A stretch of DNA of 64,000 nucleotides, from the NCBI GenBank assembly GCA_026393835.1, contig JAPKZK010000111.1, positions 32,115 to 96,114 of the forward strand, written 5' to 3'. Made by a program: the position numbers and the translations under genes. Under the pieces are notes generated by a model. The model made no database searches. It had not been told where the DNA came from and saw only the letters and a list, made by a program, of their open reading frames with translations. Positions 43,553-52,478 of the stretch are shown one piece after another (the stretch's first letter is position 1; every line of letters begins with the position of its first letter). The stretch comes from Candidatus Aminicenantes bacterium. Lineage in GTDB: Bacteria > Acidobacteriota > Aminicenantia > UBA2199.

Positions 43553-43636
43553 AAATTGGGCGAGGAAATAATCGTCGAACGTAAGAACCGGCATAACCCG
43601 GTGGGAAAACCCGCAGGCGAAACCATACTTTATCGC
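43553..43636 (+). pseudogene. Deleted duplicate of the 3' end of the ATPase-Mrr gene plus its downstream flank
   Basis: 43553-43611 matches 40260-40318 (59 nt, 3 mismatches; encodes KLGEEIIVERKNRHNPVGKP, with ECK changed to ERK). 43607-43633 matches 40623-40649 (27 nt, 1 mismatch). About 305 nt between the two segments is missing, at an AAACC microhomology. Confidence 0.8.
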
Positions 43637-43672
43637 CTCCTCACCTTCTTTTTCTTTCATCTTTTGAAAGTT

Positions 43673-44575
43673 TTAGGCGCGAACTACTTTAAACGTACCC
43701 ATTCTCTTACCATCGATAACCTCCGCCGCAATACCCCGCCGCTCCATCGCATCCCGTAACGCCTGCTTCGACTTCTCAAACGCTTCCTTCTTCGCATCCA
43801 CAACAAACGCCGCCGACCCAGGCACCATCCGCCAATGATACAATACTTTCGGGATATGAAATACCCTATCCGTTACCTCCATTACCCTCAGCAATAAATC
43901 ATAATCCTGGGCGCCCTCAAACCCCTTACGAAAACCCCCCACTTTCATCAATAACTCACGCCGACATACCACCAAATGACAAAGATAATTGTATGTCAAA
44001 AACAACCCCGGGTCCCACCCCGGCTTATACACCGGCCGAATTCGTTTTCCCGTCAACGTCAACTTATCCTCATCCGAAAAAATAACACCCGCCCCCTTTT
44101 CCCGGTTCAACAACTTCACCACCTCGAACAAACTATCCCTACTCAACTCATCATCATGATCCATAAACGCCGCATACTCCCCCGAAGCCAACGATAACGC
44201 CTCATTCGAAGCCCCCGACATCCCCAGGTTCCCCTCCAAAAATTTCACCTTTACCCGTTTATCAAAACCCGCATACTTCCGCAAAACCTCTTTTATATGC
44301 GGCTTCGGCGACGCATCATCCACGATACACAACTCCCAATTCCCGTACACCTGCGCCAACAAGGATTCGATGGCCCGCTCCAACCACTCCCGCTCAATAT
44401 TGTAAACCGGCGTCACCACACTTATCAAAGGCTTAAACCCAAAAGATTCAACCTCCCTCTCCATCACGGTAATATCAGCCCCAGTCAACGCATTTCTTTT
44501 TACCCCCCTCCAGTACCAAAAATCCGCCCAGCGAAAATAAACCCCCTTCACCAATTGCATCAATCTTTTTCTCAC
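43673..44575 (-). CDS. Family 2 glycosyltransferase
   Basis: 300 aa. ISVVTPVYNIEREWLERAIESLLAQVYGNWELCIVDDASP ... FMDHDDEL. Confidence 0.85.
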   Translation of the reverse strand: MRKRLMQLVKGVYFRWADFWYWRGVKRNALTGADITVMEREVESFGFKPLISVVTPVYNIEREWLERAIESLLAQVYGNWELCIVDDASPKPHIKEVLRKYAGFDKRVKVKFLEGNLGMSGASNEALSLASGEYAAFMDHDDELSRDSLFEVVKLLNREKGAGVIFSDEDKLTLTGKRIRPVYKPGWDPGLFLTYNYLCHLVVCRRELLMKVGGFRKGFEGAQDYDLLLRVMEVTDRVFHIPKVLYHWRMVPGSAAFVVDAKKEAFEKSKQALRDAMERRGIAAEVIDGKRMGTFKVVRA

Positions 44576-44579
44576 CTTC

Positions 44580-45647
44580 TTACCCTCTTACCTTCTTACC
44601 TTCTTTATCCCTTTCTCCAAAAATCCGCACCAACGGCCTGAAAAAAAGTTTATTGAAAAATTGGATGAAACGATAAACACGGGTCGCGCGCATATGGTTG
44701 AAAGCCCCGATTTGCGCCGCCTGCTGCTGGATAATACGGTCTTTTTCCTGGAAAAGCCTGCGCGTACGCAACTCCTCCAGGTCCAGCAGCAGCCTCGCCG
44801 CTTCCAGGTTGCCGGTTAAAGCCCCCTGTTCTTTCCCCTTTTCCGCGTAGGCGGCAAAATGCCCCTTGACCTTTTCCAGTACAGACGCCGCTGCTTTTTC
44901 TTTGGCAATCGCAAACACTTTCCGGTATCCCTCGCCGGCGTGATCGCTTTCATACGATTCCATATTATAATAGCGGTTCAACATCATGCGCAGCCGCTGC
45001 GTATCAGGAATTGTCATGAGGTAATGTTCCACCATCATCCTCATCAGCCAGCCGTCCAGTCTGCCGCTGTCGAAACAGGTAAACTCCAGCCGGTTCTCCC
45101 GGAACATTTGTTCCAGCCCCTCTACCGTTGGCAACCCGTTTTCGATATGCTCTTTCAACTGGGCCTGGCCCACGTATAAGGTTTTATGAATAAATTCGAA
45201 AAGAATTTCTTCCGCTAAAACAGTTTTCTCGCGGAAAAACGGCGCGCCCAGCGCCGCGAACCCATCCGCCGCCAATACCCGCAGCAGCTCCCGGATAAAT
45301 TCCCCGCGCCCCGGGCCCGGGATGTGCTCATAAACATCCGAAGAAACCACCACATCGAAAACCCCATCTTTAAAAGGCAGTTGGAGGGCGTTCCCCTGGA
45401 TATACCCCCGGATATCGGGGATGTCGCATACCGCCAGGTCCAGCGCATAAATTTCGCGACCCGGCAGGAATTCCCGCAGCAGTAAGTCCTTTCGCCCCGC
45501 CGCCTCCACGCGGAACCCACCAACATCCAGGATGCGTAACCTCTGCCGGCCCGTTTCCCCGGCAATGATCCCCACAATTTCCGCAATATCCCGGGTTCTC
45601 TGGTAAAGATCAAACGGATAATCCAACAATTGCCGGTTCTCGTTCAC
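44580..45647 (-). CDS. Class I SAM-dependent methyltransferase with a C-terminal helical extension
   Basis: 355 aa. ILDVGG motif I; FDVVVSSDVYEHI. Confidence 0.7.
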   Translation of the reverse strand: MNENRQLLDYPFDLYQRTRDIAEIVGIIAGETGRQRLRILDVGGFRVEAAGRKDLLLREFLPGREIYALDLAVCDIPDIRGYIQGNALQLPFKDGVFDVVVSSDVYEHIPGPGRGEFIRELLRVLAADGFAALGAPFFREKTVLAEEILFEFIHKTLYVGQAQLKEHIENGLPTVEGLEQMFRENRLEFTCFDSGRLDGWLMRMMVEHYLMTIPDTQRLRMMLNRYYNMESYESDHAGEGYRKVFAIAKEKAAASVLEKVKGHFAAYAEKGKEQGALTGNLEAARLLLDLEELRTRRLFQEKDRIIQQQAAQIGAFNHMRATRVYRFIQFFNKLFFRPLVRIFGERDKEGKKVRG

Positions 45648-45657
45648 AGCGCCCCCT

Positions 45658-46920
45658 TCACTTCCCCAGGCTCCACCGGGCCGGAATCGTAATCAAACCC
45701 AACCGTTCGGGCATTTCCGGCGTTTCCAGCACATGCAGTTTCCAGTGTTGTTCCCAGTGGTCGTAAGCTTGCAGCCCCTGGTAATCGTAAATCGCCGCCG
45801 AAAAAAGATAACTGCCCGGCAGCAGCGGAACCGATTCCATTTCATATTCCACGTACCCCTGACCCTTGATGGCGGCGATGTGGAAATTATGTTTCCGCGT
45901 ATTGGGCCCCGTGATATGAACGCCCGTATCGCTGTAAAGCGCGATGCCGAAGACCGGGTTTTCAATCTCCTTGTGGGCGTCGTAAGCGATCCGGACGCGC
46001 AGCGGTTGGCCCGTTTTCACAAATTCCAACCCATTGCCCTGCAAATCCAGGAATTGCACCCCCGTGATTTCCACTTCCTTGCTGCCCCAGCGGTTTTTCC
46101 AATTGGACCGGTCCCTCGGCTCGCCTTCACCTTGCCGGGGCTCTTCCTTTCTTACTTGCAGTTGACCGGCGCCGATCAACAACCGGTGGTATTCGGAAAT
46201 CACATCCACCGGTTTGCCCTGCTTTACCAGTTTGCCGTTGTGCAGTAATACCACCCGGTCGCACAACTCCTCCACCGTCTTAAGATCATGAGAGACAAAA
46301 ATAATCGTTTTCCCTTGCTCTTTAAACTCCATGATCTTTTTAATACATTTCTTCTGGAAATTCTCGTCCCCCACCGCCAGCACTTCGTCTACCAGCAAGA
46401 TATCCGGTGCGACATTAATCGCCACGGAAAACCCCAGGCGCACGTACATGCCGGAGGAGTACGTTTTAACCGGGTTATCGATAAAATCCTCCAGCCCCGA
46501 AAAATCCACGATATCCTTAAATTTCTTCGTCACCTCCGCCCTGGAGAAACCCAGGATCGAGGCGTTGATATAGACGTTTTCCCTGCCCGTCAGGTCCGGG
46601 TGGAAACCCGAACCCAGTTCGATCAGCGTCGAGATTTTGCCGTGGGCGTCGATCGCGCCCCCGTCCGGGTAAAGAATCCGGGAGATCAATTTCAACAGGG
46701 TGCTTTTCCCCGAACCATTGCAGCCGATAAAACCCACTGTCTGGCCCTTTTCAATATCCAGGTCGATATTCTTCAACGCCCAGAATTCCGAATGAAGCCT
46801 GGAGCGTTTGCCTTTGAGCAGGTTCAGGAAAACATATTTCAGGTGCGATTCTTTATTACGATAGGTTTTGAATTTCTTGGAAATGTTTTTAATTTCGATC
46901 GCATTCGTGGACATATTCAT
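45658..46920 (-). CDS. wzt: Polysaccharide ABC exporter ATP-binding protein (Wzt/TagH type) with a C-terminal glycan-binding-type domain
   Basis: 420 aa. Walker A GCNGSGKST, signature YSSGMYVRLGF, Walker B ILLVDE, and an about 150-aa C-terminal beta-rich extension. Confidence 0.85.
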   Translation of the reverse strand: MNMSTNAIEIKNISKKFKTYRNKESHLKYVFLNLLKGKRSRLHSEFWALKNIDLDIEKGQTVGFIGCNGSGKSTLLKLISRILYPDGGAIDAHGKISTLIELGSGFHPDLTGRENVYINASILGFSRAEVTKKFKDIVDFSGLEDFIDNPVKTYSSGMYVRLGFSVAINVAPDILLVDEVLAVGDENFQKKCIKKIMEFKEQGKTIIFVSHDLKTVEELCDRVVLLHNGKLVKQGKPVDVISEYHRLLIGAGQLQVRKEEPRQGEGEPRDRSNWKNRWGSKEVEITGVQFLDLQGNGLEFVKTGQPLRVRIAYDAHKEIENPVFGIALYSDTGVHITGPNTRKHNFHIAAIKGQGYVEYEMESVPLLPGSYLFSAAIYDYQGLQAYDHWEQHWKLHVLETPEMPERLGLITIPARWSLGK

Positions 46921-46923
46921 GGT

Positions 46924-47700
46924 TCAGATCTCTTCGGCAAAGCGCCGCTGTTTTTTTTGGAACACCAATGCGCCCAGCAGGAAAACAAGGACGCCCAGGA
47001 CCATTACGCCCGCAATGGTCAGGATTCCCGGGATGCGATTTTTCAAAATCACATCGCGGTATGCCGTCACAAATACCGTAAAAGGGTTCAGGTAGGCCAG
47101 GGCCCGGTATTTTATCGGGAACAGCGTAATCGGCCAGATAATCGGCGTCACCCAGAACCAAAGTTGTAAAAGCACCTCCAGCAAATGTTTAATATCCCGG
47201 TAATAAACGTTCAAAGCGGAAAAAATCAAAGCGATACCCAGGACGAAGAGAGTTTGAAAAAAAATAATCACCGCCAGGAAAAGAAAAGCGAAGCCCGGCC
47301 GGATGTGAAAGAAAAGCAGGGCCGGGATCAGCACCAGGAAAGTGAGGAAAAAGTGGAAGAGGTTGACCAGTACGACAGAGAGGGGCAGGACTTCCCTGGG
47401 GAAGTAGACTTTTTTAACCAGGTTGCCGTTATCGGTAATGGAGCCGGCGCCCATGGCGACGGCGGAGCTCAGGAAGGTCCAGGGCAGGAGGGCGCTGAAG
47501 AGGAAAATCGTAAAATTTTCCACTTTCGGGTCCATCAGGTATTTAAAGACCACCGTATAGACCGCCAGCATGAGCAGCGGGTTGAGCAGGGACCAAAGGA
47601 AACCCAGGGTAGTCCCTTTGTATTTCACTTTCAAGTCCCTTAGCACCAGGTTATAGATCAGGTATTTAAATTCCCATATACCTTTAATACGTTTAATCAT
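46924..47700 (-). CDS. wzm: ABC-2 type polysaccharide exporter permease (Wzm/TagG type)
   Basis: 258 aa, about 6 TM helices. N-terminal LVLRDLKVKYKGTTLGFLWSLLNP motif typical of ABC-2 permeases. Confidence 0.85.
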   Translation of the reverse strand: MIKRIKGIWEFKYLIYNLVLRDLKVKYKGTTLGFLWSLLNPLLMLAVYTVVFKYLMDPKVENFTIFLFSALLPWTFLSSAVAMGAGSITDNGNLVKKVYFPREVLPLSVVLVNLFHFFLTFLVLIPALLFFHIRPGFAFLFLAVIIFFQTLFVLGIALIFSALNVYYRDIKHLLEVLLQLWFWVTPIIWPITLFPIKYRALAYLNPFTVFVTAYRDVILKNRIPGILTIAGVMVLGVLVFLLGALVFQKKQRRFAEEI

Positions 47701-47738
47701 GCGCTGTCCGGCCGGCGTTTATTAATTAAATATTTAGA

Positions 47739-47775
47739 GGAAAGTTTACCACAAAAAGGAGTAAAAGGAAACATA
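47739..47775 (-). promoter_or_regulatory. Copy 2 of the 37-nt upstream element (38 nt upstream of the wzm start)
   Basis: Identical to 31611-31647. Partial similarity extends about 8 nt on both sides. Confidence 0.6.
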
Positions 47776-47937
47776 TTGCATTTTCAACGTGGCAACGATT
47801 CAATGGGCGCTAACCCTGAAAATTAAAATAAGAGATGATTTCATGATATTTGAAGAAACCAGGCGGCTTTATTTTTTTCCTCTTTACGTAAAGACATATA
47901 TATCGTATAATATTGGCATTGGAGGTTTAATTTTAGC

Positions 47938-48618
47938 ATGGATATAGAAATGACTAAAGGAATCGCGCCATTGGTACTACAGAACGGCATCATCGTGGCG
48001 GGCCACCCCAGGAGCGGAACGTCCCTCACCTGCCAGTTATTAGAAACCGCCGGCGTTCATTTCCCTTCGGACCTCGGGTCGGACAACTATAACAAAGACG
48101 GCTATTATGAACTGTCTAACGCAAAAGAACTGGAAAAAAAATTAATCGAACACGCCATGACCGATGAAAACATCCTGGAGATGAACAAGATCGTAAAGCT
48201 GTTAAATGATACCAAAGGGCTGACCGGCTTGAAAATCGTTCATATACCTGCCGCCTTTTTTTATAAGCATATCGCTAAAAATTTGCGAGTTGTCTTCATA
48301 TTCAGGAACCCCGCGGATGTCAAATCCAGTATGCTGCGCCGGGGAATCTCCCAATTCAAATTAACCTGGTTTGAAAACAACAACGCCCTGGTGGCCGCCC
48401 ATGAAAATATACCCAAAAGTATCGTTATTAGCTACGAGACCCTGATGTCCGGCAACGCCCGAATAAATAAAGCCTTTAAAAAACTGGGCTTCAACGTGGA
48501 TACGGGGGTCATCAAAAAATCGCACCGAACCCAGGAAAACAGCCGGATGATCATTACCCCTGATGAAAAACTGATGTACAACTATTTAAAAAAACTTGAG
48601 AAACAAAGTATGAAATAA
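47938..48618 (+). CDS. Sulfotransferase-family protein (PAPS-dependent type)
   Basis: 226 aa. 5'-PSB-like GHPRSGTSL and 3'-PB-like FRNPADV. Confidence 0.7.
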   Translation: MDIEMTKGIAPLVLQNGIIVAGHPRSGTSLTCQLLETAGVHFPSDLGSDNYNKDGYYELSNAKELEKKLIEHAMTDENILEMNKIVKLLNDTKGLTGLKIVHIPAAFFYKHIAKNLRVVFIFRNPADVKSSMLRRGISQFKLTWFENNNALVAAHENIPKSIVISYETLMSGNARINKAFKKLGFNVDTGVIKKSHRTQENSRMIITPDEKLMYNYLKKLEKQSMK

Positions 48619-48633
48619 AAAAAAGGAGAAAAT

Positions 48634-48915
48634 ATGGACCGACACAAACACCCGCATGAACAAGAACACGGACCCCTGGACATTATCGATGACCAGGCCG
48701 AACACCTCTTCTCAAATTTGGTTTCTTTTTACATCAATGCCGAAGAGGCCTGCATCGGATTTGGGATAAGAGATATCAAAGGGACAAACGACGTTGAAAT
48801 GCATACCTATATGCACCTGACGATCCCCCATTTCCTGAGATTCTCGGACACCGTCAACCAACAGGTTGCGATGTTAATCGATAGGGGCGTGATTTCCAGG
48901 GAACCGGAACAATAA
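48634..48915 (+). CDS. Small conserved hypothetical protein (DUF3467-like)
   Basis: 93 aa behind AAGGAG. IDDQAEHLFSNLVSFYINAEEACIGFG resembles the DUF3467 core. Weak call. Confidence 0.5.
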   Translation: MDRHKHPHEQEHGPLDIIDDQAEHLFSNLVSFYINAEEACIGFGIRDIKGTNDVEMHTYMHLTIPHFLRFSDTVNQQVAMLIDRGVISREPEQ

Positions 48916-48917
48916 CG

Positions 48918-49676
48918 ATGGACAGGTTAGGCGAAGCTTTAAAACATGAGCGTGAAAAAAAGAAGATCCCCCTGGAGTACATTGCCACCAAAACCAATAT
49001 CTCCTTGACTACGCTAACCGCCCTTGAAAATGAGCAATTCGTAGAAATTCCCAGCGCCTTCTACTTCAAGAACTATATAAAATCTTATTTGGATGCCATC
49101 GATGCAGATGCCGGCAAGTTTTTGGAAACCTATAGAGAAGAAATAACTGCCGCCTGCAACAAAAGGGCCGAAACTTCCGGCGCCGATTACACCGAGTTAA
49201 AATATTCACGATTTAAAAGGAAGAATGTTTTTCTTATACTCCTCACCCTGGTTGTTTTAGCCGCCCTGCTTTTTTATTTACTCTACAGCAAAAAAGAAGC
49301 CATCCTCAACAGTTGGAGCGGTTGGAACAAAACATCCGCCGAGGTAGCGATACCGCAAAACGGCATCGATTTTATTGCCCATGATTTCCAGGATGATTCC
49401 AGCCGCGACTATTCGCCCCTCAATGCGGCCATCGAATTTTCCGGGCGCTGCTGGGTCCTGGTTTTAAGGGGCAAGGAAAAAATAATCGAGCAAACCTTTC
49501 AAAAGGGGGAAAAATTGGCATTCGCGGGGTATGACTTAACGATTCAACTGGATAACCCCGCGGCGGTCCGGTTTCTCCTCAATGGGAAGGAAGTAAGCTA
49601 TTTCCGGGAATTAACACAGCCGGAAAAAATAACGATAACACCGGTTACGATTGCGAAACTTTTTAAAAACCGATAA
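48918..49676 (+). CDS. RodZ-like protein (HTH + TM + DUF4115-like C-terminus)
   Basis: 252 aa. N-terminal HTH LGEALKHEREKKKIPLEYIATKTNISLTTLTALEN, TM helix FLILLTLVVLAALLFYLLY, and a C-terminal beta domain. Confidence 0.6.
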   Translation: MDRLGEALKHEREKKKIPLEYIATKTNISLTTLTALENEQFVEIPSAFYFKNYIKSYLDAIDADAGKFLETYREEITAACNKRAETSGADYTELKYSRFKRKNVFLILLTLVVLAALLFYLLYSKKEAILNSWSGWNKTSAEVAIPQNGIDFIAHDFQDDSSRDYSPLNAAIEFSGRCWVLVLRGKEKIIEQTFQKGEKLAFAGYDLTIQLDNPAAVRFLLNGKEVSYFRELTQPEKITITPVTIAKLFKNR

Positions 49677-49679
49677 ACA

Positions 49680-50768
49680 ATGATAAACATCATATCCAGG
49701 AACCCTTTGGTCAAGAAGGTAGTCGACGGCACGGCGGGCCAGGATTTAATCGATATGCTCCTTGACAGGCTGCTGCCTCTTACGGAGGAAGAATACCTTG
49801 AGTCCCTGGTATTTGCCTTAAAAAATGAGACTATCAGAGACAGGGCGTCGGACCGCTTAAAAGAAATACCTGAAACTGTAAAAACCGCTTATGTAGAGAA
49901 GTTGGAGGCCAATCACCGGGTGGCATATTTTATTATATTGGAGGCGTTGAGCAGGAAAAACCAGTTCATCATTGCCAGGGCCATTCGCAACCAGGCGCTG
50001 CCTTTTGAATTTCTTTTAAAAATAGCGGCGCAAGGCGATGTCCACATGTTGGAAGCCCTGCTGGACAACCAGATCAAACTCATTGCCTATCCCGAGATCC
50101 TGGAGGAAATTGAAAAAAATTCCCAGGCCACCAACTTTATCAAAGGGAAGATCAAAGAATTCCGGGAATACTACCTGGCGCTGGAAGCCGAAGAAATCCC
50201 GGCGGAAGAAGTCCTGGAGGAAGTAAAGGAAATCATTATCCAGGAACAGGCGGAACAGGCGAAACAGCAGGCAGCGGCAAAAGAAAAACCCGCGGAAAAA
50301 GCGGAAGAAACCGATGAACTCATGGCCATTGAAATAGTGGGACAAAAAGCCCTGAATACTCTCCAGGAAATCAATAAAATGAATATTGCCGAACGTATTA
50401 AGCTGGCGTTATCGGGCTCCAAAACCCAACGCATGATATTGATCAAAGACTCCAATAAAATGGTATCCATGGCGGTGCTGGAGAGCCCGAAAATCGGCGT
50501 CGATGAAGTGATCCTCCTGGCCAGGAACAGGAGCGTGGCCGGTGAAATTATCGGCCGGATATCCCAGAGAAGGGATTGGACCAAAAATTACAATGTTGTC
50601 CTTGAACTGGTTCAAAATCCCAAGACGCCGATAAAAGACGCGATAAGTTTTGTGAAGCAGCTTCATTTAAGGGATTTGCAATTGCTTAGCCGGGATAAAA
50701 ATATCAATCCCACGGTGAGACAACTTGCACTGAACTATCACCGCGAGAAAAGTAACGTCAAAAAATAG
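49680..50768 (+). CDS. Hypothetical protein (helical-repeat-like, with an acidic coiled segment)
   Basis: 362-aa ORF starting 3 nt after the preceding stop. No motif recognised. Confidence 0.55.
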   Translation: MINIISRNPLVKKVVDGTAGQDLIDMLLDRLLPLTEEEYLESLVFALKNETIRDRASDRLKEIPETVKTAYVEKLEANHRVAYFIILEALSRKNQFIIARAIRNQALPFEFLLKIAAQGDVHMLEALLDNQIKLIAYPEILEEIEKNSQATNFIKGKIKEFREYYLALEAEEIPAEEVLEEVKEIIIQEQAEQAKQQAAAKEKPAEKAEETDELMAIEIVGQKALNTLQEINKMNIAERIKLALSGSKTQRMILIKDSNKMVSMAVLESPKIGVDEVILLARNRSVAGEIIGRISQRRDWTKNYNVVLELVQNPKTPIKDAISFVKQLHLRDLQLLSRDKNINPTVRQLALNYHREKSNVKK

Positions 50769-50786
50769 TAAATAAACAAAAATCCT

Positions 50787-50805
50787 GGGGGGACGTCGTC
50801 CCCCC
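50787..50805. terminator. GC-rich hairpin between convergent genes
   Basis: GGGGGGA-CGTCG-TCCCCCC, a 7-bp stem. Confidence 0.5.
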
Positions 50806-50896
50806 TATTGCACGGCCCCCCCGGGTTTTCCTTATCTTAAACCGACGCCTCAAAAGGAAGTATAAAAAAGTCCCGGGTGGCCGATGGCAAATGTTG

Positions 50897-52357
50897 TTAT
50901 TTCAATTCTTTCAATAGTTCAATAATAAAATCCCATACTTTACCGATGGAGCCCACATGGATTTTTTCATCCGGGCTGTGGGGGTACTTGAGGGTCGGTC
51001 CGATGGAGATCATATCCATTCCCGGGTTTCTATCGCCGATGATGCCGCATTCCAGGCCGGCGTGGATCACTTCCACCACGGGTTTTTTATTATACATTTT
51101 TTCATAGAGTTTCACGCTGCGGGCCAGTAGTAGGGAGTCCATATTGGGCTGCCAGGGCGGGTATCCGTCGCCGCTTTTGGCTTCGCCGCCGGCTAACCGC
51201 GCCGCGCTTTCAACCCGGTGAGTCAGGGCATGCAGTTTTGTTACCACCGAACTTCTCTGGCTGGTCAGGACTTTAACCGCCCCATTATCTACCTTAAGAT
51301 TGGCAAAATTATTGGAGGTTTCCACCAGGTTGGCGATATCGGGGGACATGGATTCCACGCCGTGGGGGATAACCAGCATCAATTCGATTACTTTCTGGGT
51401 TTTAGCGGCGGCGACCGCCCTGTTGAAATTTCCCTCGCTATTTTCCGAGATGGCTACGACTAGTTCCGGGTCCGTACTTTTGAATTCGCTGTTAAAAATA
51501 TTGCTCCATTCGGCGATGGTACTTTTTGCTTTTTCAGCGTTGTTTGCCGGTAGGAATACCACGGCGTAGGCGTCCCTGGGGATGGCGTTATGGGCGCTGC
51601 CGCCTTTGACATCCGCTAATCTCAAGTCGATATCTTGTTTTTTCAACTGGTAAAGGCCCCTGCCCAGGATGCGCAGGGCATTGGCTTTGCCTTTGCCGAT
51701 ATCGATGCCCGAGTGTCCGCCCTTCATACCGCCGGCGGTTATTTTATACTGCTTATAACCGGCGGGAATGGCTTCGTATTCGAGCGGCAACGACAGGTTG
51801 GTGTTGATGCCGCCGGCGCAGCCCACCGTGAACACCCCTTCATCTTCCGAATCCACGTTGATAAGGATTTTCCCTTCGATAAAACCAGGGGCCAGGTTAT
51901 TGGCGCCGGTTAAACCGGTCTCTTCATCCACCGTAAAAAGCAGCTCCAACGGTGGATGGGCTATCCCTTTATCCGTTGCCATAACCATGGCCATGGCGAT
52001 AGCAATGCCGTTATCAGCCCCCAGGGTGGTCCTGTCCGCCGTTAACCATTCCCCCTCATATACGAATTTGATGGGGTCTTTGCAAAAATCATGGGGAGAA
52101 TCCGGCGTCTTCTCGCAAACCATATCCATATGTCCCTGTATTACCACCACCGGGGATTTTTCATACCCCGGCGAACCGGGAGTTTTTATTACGATATTTC
52201 TCACTTTGTCCATCCTGGCTTCAAAATTGTGCTCTTTCGCCCAATTCAGCAACCATTCGGCAATTTCTTTCTCATTCTTTGAACAGCGTGGAATTTTACT
52301 GAGTTGTTCAAAGCATTCAAGAATTTCTTTTGTTTTTGCATGTTCGATTTTATTCAT
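50897..52357 (-). CDS. pepD: Aminoacyl-histidine (Xaa-His) dipeptidase, M20C family
   Basis: 486 aa. QGHMDMVCEK, ADNGIAIAMAM, FTVDEETGLTGA. Typical PepD length. Confidence 0.85.
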   Translation of the reverse strand: MNKIEHAKTKEILECFEQLSKIPRCSKNEKEIAEWLLNWAKEHNFEARMDKVRNIVIKTPGSPGYEKSPVVVIQGHMDMVCEKTPDSPHDFCKDPIKFVYEGEWLTADRTTLGADNGIAIAMAMVMATDKGIAHPPLELLFTVDEETGLTGANNLAPGFIEGKILINVDSEDEGVFTVGCAGGINTNLSLPLEYEAIPAGYKQYKITAGGMKGGHSGIDIGKGKANALRILGRGLYQLKKQDIDLRLADVKGGSAHNAIPRDAYAVVFLPANNAEKAKSTIAEWSNIFNSEFKSTDPELVVAISENSEGNFNRAVAAAKTQKVIELMLVIPHGVESMSPDIANLVETSNNFANLKVDNGAVKVLTSQRSSVVTKLHALTHRVESAARLAGGEAKSGDGYPPWQPNMDSLLLARSVKLYEKMYNKKPVVEVIHAGLECGIIGDRNPGMDMISIGPTLKYPHSPDEKIHVGSIGKVWDFIIELLKELK

Positions 52358-52478
52358 TATACACTCCTTATTTTAGGGTATTAGTATAGATAGTAAGAAA
52401 TTTCAAAAGAAAAGTCAAGCGATTTGACAAATTTCCTTTTTTTGGCTACTATGTTAATTCGAAAAATGAAAAAAGGAA

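Noticed and set aside
43427-43759. 110-aa ORF spanning the toxin gene end, the duplicated fragment and the GT2 3' end
   Set aside because: It is a chimeric read-through of unrelated segments. Only its middle (KLGEEIIVERKNRHNPVGKP) is meaningful, as a gene remnant.
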